DNA of 63,847 nt, the filler included, from Sandaracinaceae bacterium (GTDB lineage Bacteria; Myxococcota_A; Polyangia; Polyangiales; JADJQN01): assembly GCA_947483975.1 (NCBI GenBank). It is 4 parts of 4 records of this genome, joined end to end, with 100 filler letters (N's around TTAATTAATTAA, not from the genome) between each part and the next. Parts side by side here need not be neighbours in the genome. Positions count along the whole stretch, not along the records: positions 16,612 to 33,082 come from CANKOL010000078.1; positions 33,183 to 49,648 come from CANKOL010000079.1; 2 more parts are not named here. One strand, written 5' to 3'. The position numbers and the translations under genes are program-made. Position 1 is the first letter of the stretch. Every line of letters starts with the position of its first letter. The notes under the pieces were generated by a model. The model was not told the DNA's origin and did no database searches. It worked only from the letters and a program-made list of their open reading frames with translations. Below are positions 26,801 through 35,868 of the stretch, in pieces.

Positions 26801-29158
26801 CGCCGCGTCGTCTGCTGCGAGGTCGTCGATGCCGAGGTAGTCGACCTCGACGAGCCCGAGCTGCTCGAGGTTCGGGTTCGTGTACCGCCAGCCGCGGCGC
26901 TGATCGAACCACACGCGATACGAGAGCACCTGCCGCAGCGTCGACTCCGCCTCCTGGAGGTTGAAGCCCTTGAGCGTCGGCTCGTGCAGCCACTCGCCGC
27001 GCACCTCGGTCGTCCCGCGATCGAAGCCGAGCGCCTTCTGCTGCGCGCTGCCGAGCTCCTCGCTGCGCAGGCCGTTCGCACCCGCAGCGTCGAGCGCGCC
27101 GAGGAAGCCCGCGCGAATCAGACTCACGAACAAGAAGTCGTTGAAGTGCCCGGCCTGGAGTGCCGCGTCCTGCCGGTTGTCCGTGAAGCCGAGCAGCTTG
27201 CGCGTGTACTTGTCGAGCCCGGCGTCGCCGGTGTGCATCCAGCGCAGCGTGCTGCTGACGAGCACGGTCGTGGCCGAGCTGCGGCCCTCGGCAGAGAGCG
27301 ACGCGAGCCGGTTGCGATCGCGCGCCGCGCCGCCGACCGCGTCCCCGCAGCGCAGGCAGAAGCGGAACTTCCCGGGGAGAAACCACGCGCGAGCGCCCGA
27401 GCCGACCTTGCCCGTCGGCTCGACTAACACTTCCTCGGCGCGCGCCTTCTTGCGGCTCGACTTGAGCTTCGGCTCCCCGGCCTTGTCGTAGTCGAGCCAC
27501 GAGTCCGGGTAGTCTGCGGCCTCGCCCTTGAACGTGAACGCGTGAACGCCCACGCCCGAGTCGCGCGGATGCAGCGTGAGGAAGCCGAACGCGTCGACCT
27601 CGTCCGTCTCCTCGGCGCTCGCGGCGTCCTCGTCGTCATCGCTCTTGGCGAGCGGCGCATCGTCGATGTCGCGCTTGTACACGACGCGCCCACCGCCCTC
27701 GCTCGTGAGGCGCACCGGGTGGTACTCGTGCCCGCACTCGCGGCAGAAGTGGACGGCGTAGAGGCGCTTCTCCGGATCGCCGGGGAGGAACTGCTGCCCA
27801 TCGACCGTGATCACGCGCTGACCGGGCTGCTCGAGCGTCGCGTAGGCGTGCCCCGCGCCCGAGATGAACTGGTGCAGCTTGAACGCGAAGAAGCTGCGCT
27901 CGCTCGCCGTCTTCGACGCGATGCGTTCGTTCTCCGGGGTGCCCGAGACGAGCAGCAGATTCTGGAGCGCGTTGCGGCACGCGGGCACGTCGCGCCCCGA
28001 GTCCTTCGCGAGCGCCTCGACGGCCTCCGTCACCGTGCTCGGGCGAGCGCGCACCCATCGTTGATCTGCGTCTGACCACTGCACGCCGAGGCTCGTCTCG
28101 ACCCAGATCGCGAGCGGGTGCACCCGCAGCTCTGCGTCCGAGGTCGTGCTCGGCACACCCGCGTCGATCGCCGCGCTCAGCCGCGGGCGGACCTGCTCCC
28201 GCGTCACGCCCGCGTCCGTCACACGCTCGAGCGTCTCGACGATCACGTTGCTCTCGGGGATCGGGAGCGAGAAAAGCTTCGACGCGACCCCCGCGACGAC
28301 GCGGCTCTTGTCGAGCAGCGAGCCCTCGCTCGCCATCGTCGCCGACGTGCCGATGCACTGAAGGCCCTCAGGGGAGAGTCGCTCGCGCACGCGCCGCACG
28401 AGCAGCGCCACGTCCGCGCCTTGTCGCCCGCGGTACGTGTGCAGCTCGTCGAGCACGAGGAAGCGCAGCCCCGCGCAGTTCGCCATGACCTGCCGATCGA
28501 CCGCCTCCTGACGCGTCATCAGCAGCTCGAGCATCATGAAGTTCGTCAGCAGGATGTCGGGCGGGTTCTCCGCGATGCGGCGCCGCTCCTCGTCATCCTC
28601 CTGCCCCGTGTAGCGGGCAAACGTGACCGGCGGCTGCCCCGCGACGTTCCCGACGAACTTGCCGAGCTCCTCGAGCTGGCTGTTCGCGAGCGCGTTCATC
28701 GGATAGATGATGATCGCGCGCGTCCGCTGCCCCCCGCCGCGCCGCTTCTCCGCGAGCACGGCGTTGACGATCGGGATGAAGAAGCAGAGCGACTTGCCCG
28801 ACCCCGTGCCCGTCGTGACGACGTAGCTCTCGCCCTGCGACGCGAGCGCGACCGCCTGCTCCTGATGCTTGTAGAGCTCGAGCGTCTCGCCCTTCGGCGC
28901 GCGCTCCGTCCGGAAGATCTCCGCGCTGCGCGCGTCGAGCACGCCGCCCGCCACGAGCTTCGCGACCGTCGTCGTCCGCTTGAAGCTCGGGTTGATCTGG
29001 ATGAGCGGCTCAGGCCAGTAGCGGTCCTGCGCGTAGATCGCCTGGACCTGCTCGCGGATGTCCTCCGCGTAGATCGTGGTGAACGACGTCGCGAACTTCT
29101 TGTACTCGCCGACGACCTGATCGCGCAGCGCGAACACGTCCATGCTCTTGCGGCTCAT
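23801..29158 (-). CDS. Large DEAD/DEAH-box SF2 helicase with C-terminal DUF1998-type Zn-binding domain
   Basis: TGTGSGKS, YPMNALANSQ, DELHTYRG, TSAT, TMELGVDI, QRSGRAGR, several CxxC pairs, C-terminal EGGAG...CVAACYRCLMSYYNQ. Confidence 0.9.
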   Translation of the reverse strand: MSRKSMDVFALRDQVVGEYKKFATSFTTIYAEDIREQVQAIYAQDRYWPEPLIQINPSFKRTTTVAKLVAGGVLDARSAEIFRTERAPKGETLELYKHQEQAVALASQGESYVVTTGTGSGKSLCFFIPIVNAVLAEKRRGGGQRTRAIIIYPMNALANSQLEELGKFVGNVAGQPPVTFARYTGQEDDEERRRIAENPPDILLTNFMMLELLMTRQEAVDRQVMANCAGLRFLVLDELHTYRGRQGADVALLVRRVRERLSPEGLQCIGTSATMASEGSLLDKSRVVAGVASKLFSLPIPESNVIVETLERVTDAGVTREQVRPRLSAAIDAGVPSTTSDAELRVHPLAIWVETSLGVQWSDADQRWVRARPSTVTEAVEALAKDSGRDVPACRNALQNLLLVSGTPENERIASKTASERSFFAFKLHQFISGAGHAYATLEQPGQRVITVDGQQFLPGDPEKRLYAVHFCRECGHEYHPVRLTSEGGGRVVYKRDIDDAPLAKSDDDEDAASAEETDEVDAFGFLTLHPRDSGVGVHAFTFKGEAADYPDSWLDYDKAGEPKLKSSRKKARAEEVLVEPTGKVGSGARAWFLPGKFRFCLRCGDAVGGAARDRNRLASLSAEGRSSATTVLVSSTLRWMHTGDAGLDKYTRKLLGFTDNRQDAALQAGHFNDFLFVSLIRAGFLGALDAAGANGLRSEELGSAQQKALGFDRGTTEVRGEWLHEPTLKGFNLQEAESTLRQVLSYRVWFDQRRGWRYTNPNLEQLGLVEVDYLGIDDLAADDAAFADGPSVLVHAKPAVRKALYEKLLGHLRQWLAIRTQVLDAAVSEQMLTRAHARIRTPWGFGSDEQLRRARWLMLKSPEISGKNKRDEDLFVRGGSRSALGKILRESKVWGGSAPTLKVKDFDAMVERLLAVACEHGLVCEESTPFGGQTGWRLVDACVRFKRATPKATRKSSENAFFRAFYANLAEMLRSPTHPLFGFEAREHTAQVEGEKRAVREKRFRYGEKEQEELAADEKHLREIAESNRFLPVLFCSPTMELGVDISALNAVYLRNVPPTPANYVQRSGRAGRSGQAALVLTYCSSQGPHDQYFFRDPKAMVHGEVRPPLLDLANRDLVDSHLSAVWLACTGEPLSASISELLVLQDPARPLRAELAKTMTAPHVVTEATARMKRFLDLLAEDLTDTTAPWYPGRDEYVALTAASRFSRFKDAFSRWRDLFSAAERQRDAARRTMDDYSAPQAEKRAAGGRHAQAIDQINLLQKGTSSNSNDFYTYRYLATEGFLPGYNFPRLPLMAYVPQTSDGRGKQTYLQRPRFLALSEFGPRSLVYHEGRAYRVVRALLALGDSSVGSTVEAKLPTKNVRICVRCGGGHFNDEVSTCHGCGAPLSDAEIVNNTYRIENVATQQAERITANDEERTRQGFDLQTTFEWAGRDGTLDVRKGGAHDVDGEIVVLRYGQGATITRLNKGLRRRANKKVLGFNIDPVSGYWAKNDDEAGDEPKDPTVSPRQMIVPMVQDRKNALLLQPVEPDLSQETLATLQYALLRGIEMTFQLEEGEILGEPMPKREERNGMLFYEATEGGAGVLTRLVAEPERLAEVALTALGIMHFDVSDTPDSRPSAAALPATAAELADAPNTLCVAACYRCLMSYYNQPDHERVDRRDDAARTILLRLARSRTVDIAPIARESSRPSAPPAASTALARWVEQARAAGLPHQDVEPYVDGTTTIPLIWRTHYAAAVLESLPPSVTTKLEDKGFELQVFASDESTWPDLFVKLRVALGRAS

Positions 29159-29446
29159 CGACGCCCTCCGCGTCCCTCAGGCCAACGCCGTCCCGCTACG
29201 AAGTTCATGTTGCCGGGAGAGTGCCGCAGGACGGCGCCGAGGCGCAACGATGGCGCGCGGTCGACGGGGGCAGCCGCCGCGGCGCGACGAGCGCCGGCGA
29301 GCTGGGTTCGGTCATGGAGGACGGACGAACGCGCGACGTGCCGACTGACGCCTCGTGCGGATCTGCCCGCCCCGAGCGCAGAAGCGGCCTCAGATTCTCC
29401 TATCAGAGAGGTGAGGCACACCGCCTCCTTTGACGAGGAGATCCCC

Positions 29447-30568
29447 ATGTTCACCACTCAAACCGCGGAGCCCACCGCTCCGCCCGCTCCCCTGCGCCCG
29501 CTTCATGACCAGTACGAGAAGTGGATCGCCCACCGTGACCCGATCCCGTTCGCCGAAGCCGCACAGCTCGTCCTCGACGCCCACGACGACGACGGCGAGC
29601 GCGACGATGTCGTCGCCCATGACCTCCGCACCTGGGCCTTCGGCGGGCACGACGGCCACATGGTGTTGGCCCCGGCCCCGCTGCTCGGCAGGTCCCCGAT
29701 GACCCCGATCCCGTTGCGGGAGCTCGCCTTCAGCCAGCTCTGCACGAGGATCGGTGCGCCCCCGGCATACGTCCGCGAGCTGCCGCCCAAGCTCCAGATC
29801 GCGTGCATGAACTACGGCCTGACCAAGGAGAAGCAGTCCGCGCTGCTGCGTGTCGGGGGCGGCGAGGTGCGTGCGGTGGTCAGCGACCGCTACGCCGCGC
29901 TCGACGACGAGTTCGTGCTCGAGACGGTCGGCGAGGTCCTCGACCGCGCTGGCTTCCTCAGCGACGCATTGGTCCGGGCGACGGCCGTGGGCACCTCGAC
30001 GATCCTGCGCGTGACGGTCCCGAACGAGGGCGTCGCCGTCAGGGTCAACGACATCTTCGAATACGGATTGGACATCGGTAACAGCGAGGTCGGCCTGCGC
30101 TCGGTGCAGATCACCCCCGTAACGCATCGCCTCGTCTGTTCGAACGGCCTTCGGGCCTGGAAGAGCGAGGCGTCGATGCGGATGCGGCACGTCGGCGACC
30201 CGAAGCGCCTCAAGGAGCAGCTGCGTGACGCCGTGCCGATCGCGTTCGCGGAGGCACGCGGCGACATCGAGAAGTGGAGGAAGGCGACGGACGTGCTCAT
30301 CGACTCCGCGCTCGAGGAGATCGAGTCGCTGCGGGCGTTCGGGCTTGGCATCGGTGAGGTGCAGGCCATCGGGCGCGAGCTCGCGGCATCTGCCGGGTTG
30401 CTGACGTCGAGCTCGCCGATGGAGAAGGTCAGCGAGGCGCTCAGGGTGCCGACGACGGCCTTCGACGTCGCCAACGCGGTCACCGCGACGGCGCGGGAGC
30501 GGGACGTCGCGGGGCGGCTGAGCTTGGAGGAGGCCGGGCACCGGTACTTGAGCCGGCGAGCTGCGTGA
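29447..30568 (+). CDS. DUF932/DUF945-like protein of the kind found on phages, plasmids and ICEs
   Basis: GAGGAG RBS at 29435-29440 before ATG 29447; RAVVSDRY, NSEVG and RLVCSNG...RHVG motifs. Confidence 0.7.
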   Translation: MFTTQTAEPTAPPAPLRPLHDQYEKWIAHRDPIPFAEAAQLVLDAHDDDGERDDVVAHDLRTWAFGGHDGHMVLAPAPLLGRSPMTPIPLRELAFSQLCTRIGAPPAYVRELPPKLQIACMNYGLTKEKQSALLRVGGGEVRAVVSDRYAALDDEFVLETVGEVLDRAGFLSDALVRATAVGTSTILRVTVPNEGVAVRVNDIFEYGLDIGNSEVGLRSVQITPVTHRLVCSNGLRAWKSEASMRMRHVGDPKRLKEQLRDAVPIAFAEARGDIEKWRKATDVLIDSALEEIESLRAFGLGIGEVQAIGRELAASAGLLTSSSPMEKVSEALRVPTTAFDVANAVTATARERDVAGRLSLEEAGHRYLSRRAA

Positions 30569-30601
30569 CGATGAACTGAGGGGAGGTCGTGTTGATGTTG
30601 G

Positions 30602-30627
30602 GGAGGCGGGCTGGGCCCGTTTCCTTT
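30602..30627 (+). terminator. Probable intrinsic terminator after the DUF932-like gene
   Basis: GGAGGCGGGC-TGG-GCCCGTTTCC stem (two G-U pairs) followed by TTT; a second perfect 8-bp hairpin at 30644-30663. Confidence 0.5.
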
Positions 30628-30742
30628 GCCCCGCAAGAGGTCACCTCGCCTGCCGAGGCGAGGCCGTGCGGTCACGGATGGGCTGGGCTTACTCGGCCCG
30701 CTGTCGCCAAGAGCCCGCTGGAGACGAATCGCGACGACGCGC

Positions 30743-33082
30743 TCAGTTGTCGAGGCGCACGTCGGCTCGCCTGCCGAAGATCGTATAGAGGACGGGCAGG
30801 ACGAGGAGCGTCATGGGCGTCGAGGTGAGCAGGCCGCCGACGACAACCGTCGCGAGAGGTCTCTGCACCTCGGAGCCGACCTCGGACGACAGGAGCAGCG
30901 GGATGAGGCCGAGCATCGCGACCGAGGCGGTCATCAGCACCGGGCGAAGTCGCTGTAGGGCTCCCATCGAGGCGGCCTCACGGGCGTCCATGCCACCGCG
31001 GTACAGGGTGTTGATGCACGCGACGAGCACGACGCCGTTGAGGACCGCGACGCCGAACACGGCGATGAAGCCCACGGCGGACGGGACGCTCAGGTACTGC
31101 CCGGAAGCTGCGAGCGCGAAGATCCCGCCGATGACCGCGAACGGCACGTTGCAGAGGACGAGCAGCGAGTCGCGCACGCTGTTGAAGGAGAGATAGAGCA
31201 ACAGCAGGATCAGCAGCATCGACATCGGCACGACGACCATCAGGGTCCGCTCGGCGCGCTGCTGGTTCTCGAACTGTCCGCCCCACTCCGTGTGATAGCC
31301 CGGCGGCATGGGCGCTTGGCGCTGGACCTCGCGCTGCGCCTCGGCGACGAAGCCGCCCATGTCGCGCCCGCGGACGTTGCACTGCACGACCACTCGGCGC
31401 TGCCCCTGCTCGTGGCTCACTTGAGGCGGCGCTTCCTCCACGCCGATGTCGGCGACTTGCGCGAGCGGCACACGCGCCGAGCCAGCCCCCGGGACCAAGA
31501 GCCGACCGATCGCGTCCGCGCTCGAGCGCTGCGACCGCTGCACTCGTACGTATACGTCGAAGCGGCGGTTGCCCTCGAGCACCTCCGTCGCCGACTCTCC
31601 GCCGATGCCGTTCTGCACGACGTCCATGACGTCGGAGACGTTGACCCCGTAGCGAGCCATCGCCTCGCGATTCGCGCGCACGACGAGCTGCGCTTCGCCC
31701 TCGATCTGCTCGGTCTGCACGTCAGTCGCGCCGCGGACTCCCCGGATCACCGCCTCGACGCGCCGCCCCTGAGCGGCGAGTGTGTCGAGGTCGTCACCGA
31801 AGATCTTGATGGCGATCTGTGCCTTCACTCCGCTGAGCAGCTCGTCGACGCGCGTCGCGATCGGCTGACTGAAGTTGAAGAGGACGCCGGGGAACTCCGC
31901 GGTGAGCTCCTCGGTCATGCGCGCGCCGAGCGCCACTCGGTTGGGCGCGGTGACCCAGTCGAACTCCCCAGGCGAGCGCAGGCCTACGTAGATCTCGTTG
32001 TTGCTCACGGGCTCGGGATCGCCGCCGAGCTCCGCTCGCCCGATGCGCGAGAGCGCGTAAGTGACCTCAGGATACTCGAGCAGCCGCTTCTCGATGCGCT
32101 GACCGATGTCGAGAGCCTGCGGGAGTGACACCGTCGGCAGCATCGTGACCCGAATGGTCAGCGTGCCCTCCTCGAGCTCGGGTACGAACTCCGTCCCTAG
32201 AAATGGGCTCATCGCGAGCGCGACGACGAGGAGCAGTGTCGCGCCCGCCAGGGTCGTCTTCCGATGGGCCAGAGCCCAGGCCAGGATGGGGCGATAGGCA
32301 CGCTTCAGGAGGCGAACGAACGCGGGGTCCTCCTCCTTGAGCTTGCCCCGCAGCACCACCGTGGTCAGCGCCGGCACGATGGCGAGCGCGGTGATCAGCG
32401 AGCCGACCATCGCGAAGCTCGTCGTGAAGGCCAGCGGACCGAAGAGCTTGCCCTCGACGCCCTGCAGCGTGAAGAGCGGCAGGAACACGGCGACGATGAT
32501 CAACACGGCGAAGAAGACAGGCCGGGCCACCTCGCGCGCCGCACGCCCCACGGTCTCGAGGCGGTCGCCGTGCGGATGCTCGGCCAGGACTCGGAAGATG
32601 TTCTCGACCATCACGATGGAGCCATCGACCATCATGCCGATCCCGATGGAGAGGCCGCCGAGCGACATGAGGTTCGCGTCGAGCTTCACGCGCGCCATCA
32701 TCAGAAACGCGACCATGAGAGAGAGAGGAATGGACGCGACCACGACCAGGGCGGCGCGGACGTTCCCGAGGAACAAGAAGAGCGTGATCATGATGAGCAC
32801 CGCGCTCGCGAGGAGCGCGTCCGTCACCGTCTTGATGGCCTGGTCGGTCAGCTTGCCCTGATCGTAGTAGGGCACGATGCGAACGCCGCGCGGGAGCGTC
32901 CCCTGGATCGCCGCGATCCGCGCGGCGACTCGGTCGACGACGTCGCGGGTGTTCGCGCCTTGAAGCTGCAGCACGATCCCGCTGACGACCTCGCCGCGCC
33001 CGTTCTTGGAGACTGCGCCTTGCCGGACTTCGCCACCGTACTCGACGGCGGCCACGTCGCTCACGCGGATGGGTGTGCCGTC
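30743..33082 (-). CDS. CzcA/CusA-family heavy-metal RND efflux permease; 5'-truncated by contig end
   Basis: NLMSLGGLSIGIGMMVDGSIVMVEN, QGVEGKLFGPLA, RLRPVLMTA, GSEVQRPLATVVVGG. Confidence 0.92.
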   Translation of the reverse strand, partial: DGTPIRVSDVAAVEYGGEVRQGAVSKNGRGEVVSGIVLQLQGANTRDVVDRVAARIAAIQGTLPRGVRIVPYYDQGKLTDQAIKTVTDALLASAVLIMITLFLFLGNVRAALVVVASIPLSLMVAFLMMARVKLDANLMSLGGLSIGIGMMVDGSIVMVENIFRVLAEHPHGDRLETVGRAAREVARPVFFAVLIIVAVFLPLFTLQGVEGKLFGPLAFTTSFAMVGSLITALAIVPALTTVVLRGKLKEEDPAFVRLLKRAYRPILAWALAHRKTTLAGATLLLVVALAMSPFLGTEFVPELEEGTLTIRVTMLPTVSLPQALDIGQRIEKRLLEYPEVTYALSRIGRAELGGDPEPVSNNEIYVGLRSPGEFDWVTAPNRVALGARMTEELTAEFPGVLFNFSQPIATRVDELLSGVKAQIAIKIFGDDLDTLAAQGRRVEAVIRGVRGATDVQTEQIEGEAQLVVRANREAMARYGVNVSDVMDVVQNGIGGESATEVLEGNRRFDVYVRVQRSQRSSADAIGRLLVPGAGSARVPLAQVADIGVEEAPPQVSHEQGQRRVVVQCNVRGRDMGGFVAEAQREVQRQAPMPPGYHTEWGGQFENQQRAERTLMVVVPMSMLLILLLLYLSFNSVRDSLLVLCNVPFAVIGGIFALAASGQYLSVPSAVGFIAVFGVAVLNGVVLVACINTLYRGGMDAREAASMGALQRLRPVLMTASVAMLGLIPLLLSSEVGSEVQRPLATVVVGGLLTSTPMTLLVLPVLYTIFGRRADVRLDN

Positions 33083-33182
33083 NNNNNNNNNNNNNNNNNN
33101 NNNNNNNNNNNNNNNNNNNNNNNNNNTTAATTAATTAANNNNNNNNNNNNNNNNNNNNNNNNNNNNNNNNNNNNNNNNNNNN
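33083..33182. other. Artificial contig-joining spacer
   Basis: Same N/TTAATTAATTAA/N 100-mer. Confidence 0.98.
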
Positions 33183-33360
33183 CGCCGAAGAGCGCCACCC
33201 GGCGCAGGGTGTTGCGACGTCGCCTCGCGACGAGCGCGCGCTCGAGGACGGCGATCGCGTCCTTGCGGGCCGCAGCGGTTGGCGCGCCCGGCGCGCTGTC
33301 TCGGGTCTCGGCTCGGGCGAGCGCGCGCGCTGCGAGGCGCGCGAACGGTGGGCTGGTCAT
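33183..33360 (-). CDS. Probable anti-sigma (FecR-like) membrane protein, N-terminal fragment
   Basis: Start overlaps the ECF sigma stop (ATGA); RRRR followed by the start of a hydrophobic segment; cut by the gap. Confidence 0.45.
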
Positions 33361-34073
33361 GACGCACCTTCTTCATCGAGCGAAACGTCTGTGGCGAGCA
33401 CACCGGCGAGCGTCGGATCGGCTGCGACGCGCGCGTGCAGCTCGTGGCGGCCGCGCACGAGGCGGCTCTGCGCGGCGGCGACGGATACCTCGAGGACCGC
33501 CGCGGTCTCCCGCAGGTCGTAGCCCCAGACGTCGTGCAGCAGAAACGCCCACGCGCGCCCCTGGTCCATCGCCGTCAGGTGCGCGGTGACGCGCTCGATG
33601 ACCTCGCTCGCCTCGAAGTCCTCGTCGTGTCGGCTCCCCGAGGCGGCCCCGTCGATCAAGTCGTCCGGCGCCGCGAGAGAGAACGCGGCGCGCTCTAGCC
33701 GACGCCGACGGATGCGCTTGTAGACGATGTGCGCCGTCACGGTCGACGCCCAGGCATCGAGCGAGCTGTCGCCTCGGAAGCGGTCGATGCTCGTCAGGAT
33801 CTCGACGAACGCGCTCTGCGCGACGTCCTCGCGCTCTTGGTCGCTGTGCCCGAGGAGCCGACGGATCGTGCGATCGACGACCGGGCGGAGCCGGTCATGA
33901 AGCTCGGCGGCGACCCACGGATCGCCCGCGCGAACGGCGAGCAAGAGCTGGCTGTCGTCGAGCGAGGGAGCGCTCGCCGCCGACGTCGCTGCCGCCGGGT
34001 GCGGCGCCGCCTGCGTCGCCGTGGTCGCGGGGACCAGGCGGAGCTGCGGGCGGCTCGGGCGCGACGGACTCAT
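33357..34073 (-). CDS. ECF (sigma-70 family) RNA polymerase sigma factor
   Basis: Region 2 EDVAQSAFVEI...FRGDSSLDAW; region 4 FLLHDVWGYDLRETAAVLEVSVAAAQSRLVRGR. Confidence 0.9.
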   Translation of the reverse strand: MSPSRPSRPQLRLVPATTATQAAPHPAAATSAASAPSLDDSQLLLAVRAGDPWVAAELHDRLRPVVDRTIRRLLGHSDQEREDVAQSAFVEILTSIDRFRGDSSLDAWASTVTAHIVYKRIRRRRLERAAFSLAAPDDLIDGAASGSRHDEDFEASEVIERVTAHLTAMDQGRAWAFLLHDVWGYDLRETAAVLEVSVAAAQSRLVRGRHELHARVAADPTLAGVLATDVSLDEEGAS

Positions 34074-34154
34074 CGGAGGCTCACACTGTGTTGTACCGCG
34101 AGCTGTCCGCGGGCAGGCAGGCTCTGCGACGATCTCGTGTCGCGCGCCGCTTGC

Positions 34155-35261
34155 CTACAGCGACACACGCACGCCCACGCTCGCCGTCGGGCGCAGCGGC
34201 TCGAGCGTCGCGCGCAGCTCGTCGGCGACGTACACCGGCATCCGCGAGGCGACCAAGTCCGCGCCCAGCTCCGCGAGCACGGCGATGCCTCGTCGCGGCT
34301 GCCAGCTGAGCGCGAGCCCGCCCCGCCCGACGAGCGCCCACGCGGCCTGCGAGCTCTGCGCCGGGCCGCCTTCCGAGTAGTGCGACAGCGACTGCCGTCC
34401 TGCGCCCACGCCGAGCCAGACCTCGAGGTCGAGGTCGACCGCACCGCGCGCGCGCAGCGCCACGACCGACAGCCCGAGCGTCCCGGCGAGCCAGGTCGTC
34501 GACGCTTGCGCGGCCTCTACCTCACCCGCCTGAGCGCTCAGGTCGGCGCGGAGGCCGAGGCGCGCCCACGGAGCCCAGGTGACCCCGAGCGCCCCGCCCC
34601 AGGCGGTCGTCGCGCCCCCGTCCCCGAGACCGAGCGTCCCCACCCCGCGGAACTCGAGCCAGACGCGGTGGTTCTGGGCGGCCCTCGGGGCTGTCATCGT
34701 CGGCCCCGGCGAGACGGTGTGCCTGGGGTGCGCGACCGACGGCTCGGGCAAGTCGCCCGGCAGGGAGGTCGACACATCAGGCAGCATCGACAGCGTGACG
34801 AACGCCAGCGTGCGCCCGCGCTCGCTCGGCGCGTCGCCCTCGTGGAAGACCACCTCGCGCGTGAGCGCGCCCCCGTCCACCTGCACGAGGCTGAGCGAAG
34901 CGATCGTCACCTCGCCCCCCTCCGCCGCGGCCGAGGGCCCGGTCGTCAGCGTGACGACGAGGTGCAGCGTCGGGCGCGTGTCTGCCGCCCATGCACCGTC
35001 GCCCTCGGGCGCGCGCCGGACCTCCGCGACGCCCGCGAGCGCCCCACGCAGCGTGGCCTCGAGCGAGGCGGCCGTCGGATCACCCGGAGCCCCGCCGACC
35101 ACAGACAGAACGAGCAGCCAGAGCGCAGCGACCAAGAGCCTCGGCCCCAGCGTAGCCGCCCAGCCGCGCCCCGCAACGCCCGCGTCGCGGACCTTTCGCG
35201 ATGAATCTTTTGGCCGCCTGCCTGGTCTCCAGGACCTCGCGGTACAACCAAATGCGGACAT
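34155..35261 (-). CDS. Hypothetical exported protein with a probable C-terminal outer-membrane beta-barrel; start uncertain (ATG 35261 or TTG 35135)
   Basis: Signal-like LLVAALWLLVLSVVG; alternating beta-strand pattern ending ASVGVRVSL; lies upstream of the ECF sigma on the same strand. Confidence 0.5.
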   Translation of the reverse strand: MSAFGCTARSWRPGRRPKDSSRKVRDAGVAGRGWAATLGPRLLVAALWLLVLSVVGGAPGDPTAASLEATLRGALAGVAEVRRAPEGDGAWAADTRPTLHLVVTLTTGPSAAAEGGEVTIASLSLVQVDGGALTREVVFHEGDAPSERGRTLAFVTLSMLPDVSTSLPGDLPEPSVAHPRHTVSPGPTMTAPRAAQNHRVWLEFRGVGTLGLGDGGATTAWGGALGVTWAPWARLGLRADLSAQAGEVEAAQASTTWLAGTLGLSVVALRARGAVDLDLEVWLGVGAGRQSLSHYSEGGPAQSSQAAWALVGRGGLALSWQPRRGIAVLAELGADLVASRMPVYVADELRATLEPLRPTASVGVRVSL

Positions 35262-35297
35262 CGCCAGCGGCGAGTCCCAGCCAACGGAGCCCCTCTC

Positions 35298-35858
35298 ATG
35301 CGTCAACATCTTCGCGCCGTCTCGATCGTCGTTCTCTCGCTCGCTGTGGCGATCATCGCCCCCGCCCTCGCGAGCGCCGCTTTCCAGGCGACCGGCACCT
35401 CGACCGTCACCTACGAAGCGGTCGGCTCGATGGGCATGCGCTTCACCGGTACGACCCACGACCTCACGGTCGCCGACGACGGCACGCAGCTCACCGTCAC
35501 CGTGCCGCTCGCGCACCTGACCACCGGGATGGGGCTCCGCGACCAGCACCAGAACGACCACCTCGACACCGCGCACCACGGCACCGTGCAGCTCGTCGTC
35601 CCGCTGGCCTCGCTGCACATCCCGACGGGCGCCCCGACCACCGGCACCGTGACCGGCCAGCTCCGCGTCAAGGGCCTCTCGAAGCCGCTCTCCTTCACCT
35701 ACCGCGCCGAGCGCTCGGCGAACGGCCAGCTGCACATCCACGGCACCGCCACGGTCACGATGGCCAACTACGGCATCAACGTCCCGTCGTACCTCGGCGT
35801 CACGCTCCGCCCCACCGTCGCCCTCGTCGCTGATTTCAACCTCCGCAACGCACCCTGA
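35298..35858 (+). CDS. YceI-family (polyisoprenoid/lipid-binding) periplasmic protein
   Basis: Signal peptide ASA, LTTGMGLRDQH, GQLRVKG, NYGINVPSYLG. Confidence 0.85.
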   Translation: MRQHLRAVSIVVLSLAVAIIAPALASAAFQATGTSTVTYEAVGSMGMRFTGTTHDLTVADDGTQLTVTVPLAHLTTGMGLRDQHQNDHLDTAHHGTVQLVVPLASLHIPTGAPTTGTVTGQLRVKGLSKPLSFTYRAERSANGQLHIHGTATVTMANYGINVPSYLGVTLRPTVALVADFNLRNAP

Positions 35859-35868
35859 GGCCGCTTCC

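Noticed and set aside
28118..29446. N-terminal 443 codons of the 816-aa ORF 28118-30568, suggesting a large fusion protein
   Set aside because: Mostly antisense to the helicase; a good RBS and ATG at 29447 mark the real start
29159..30742. att sites, integrase or IS ends bounding the defence island
   Set aside because: No direct or inverted terminal repeats, tRNA end or recombinase gene found in block 2, so no mobile_element feature is called
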